Of a stretch of 64,000 nucleotides of DNA, positions 63,641 to 64,000 are shown one piece after another; the first letter of the stretch is position 1, and each line of letters opens with the position of its first letter. This DNA comes from Chiloscyllium plagiosum (taxonomy: Eukaryota). A program made the position numbers and the translations under genes. The notes below the pieces were generated by a model. It was not told the DNA's origin and made no database searches. It worked only from the letters and a program-made list of their open reading frames with translations. The stretch covers positions 10,899,269 through 10,963,268 of the forward strand of contig NC_057749.1 of NCBI RefSeq assembly GCF_004010195.1, read 5' to 3'.

Positions 63641-64000
63641 CCTTCTCACCTCTAGTTTAAATCTGCTACTGCTTATCCGAATATTATGACCTCTCTCAAC
63701 TGCTTCACATGAGGAAACATCTACTTTACGTCTATACTGTCAATCCCCTTTAATATCTTATATACCTGAATTAGAGCTGTTGTCATTCTTCTAAACAATA
63801 CTGTATAGGCCTAAATTGCTCAATATCTCTTCAAAAGATAAAACTCCTCACTTCGCTTCTGTCTTTCCTTCATCTCCACCACCTTTACTGACTTAAAACC
63901 AATTATAACCCTATCTTTCCGAACAAGAGAAGGTATGCATTCTAAATAAATGCAAGGAGTGGGAATTTCATAAGAGTGGGAATACAGAGTGGAGGGGAAG

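Overview
Repeat-rich vertebrate genomic DNA, most likely from a shark (inferred from HE1/V-SINE-type SINEs, DeuSINE-type SINEs, CR1-type LINEs and Penelope-like elements). Two protein-coding genes lie on the minus strand and were reconstructed by hand from splice sites and reading phase, because the ORF track only partly shows them. They are the last two coding exons of LRRC49 (53943-53790, 47280-47086) and exons 2-7 of STOML1 (39532-26943; SPFH/band-7 plus C-terminal SCP2 domain). STOML1 exon 1 is not visible and probably lies in the 500-N gap at 42467-42966. The first ~2.2 kb is a CpG-rich, promoter-like region of a further unidentified gene. The most striking accessory signal is a population of Penelope-like (GIY-YIG) retroelement insertions. 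They range from 1.8 kb fragments to ~200 bp fold-back mini-elements, most carry an intact or degenerate minimal hammerhead-ribozyme-like motif, and several are bounded by 12-15 bp target-site duplications. Also present are solo LTRs, a ~540 bp tandem duplication, a 31-bp minisatellite, a 144-bp hairpin and a candidate CTCF site. Repeat boundaries are approximate and family names come from recalled consensus features, not database searches.
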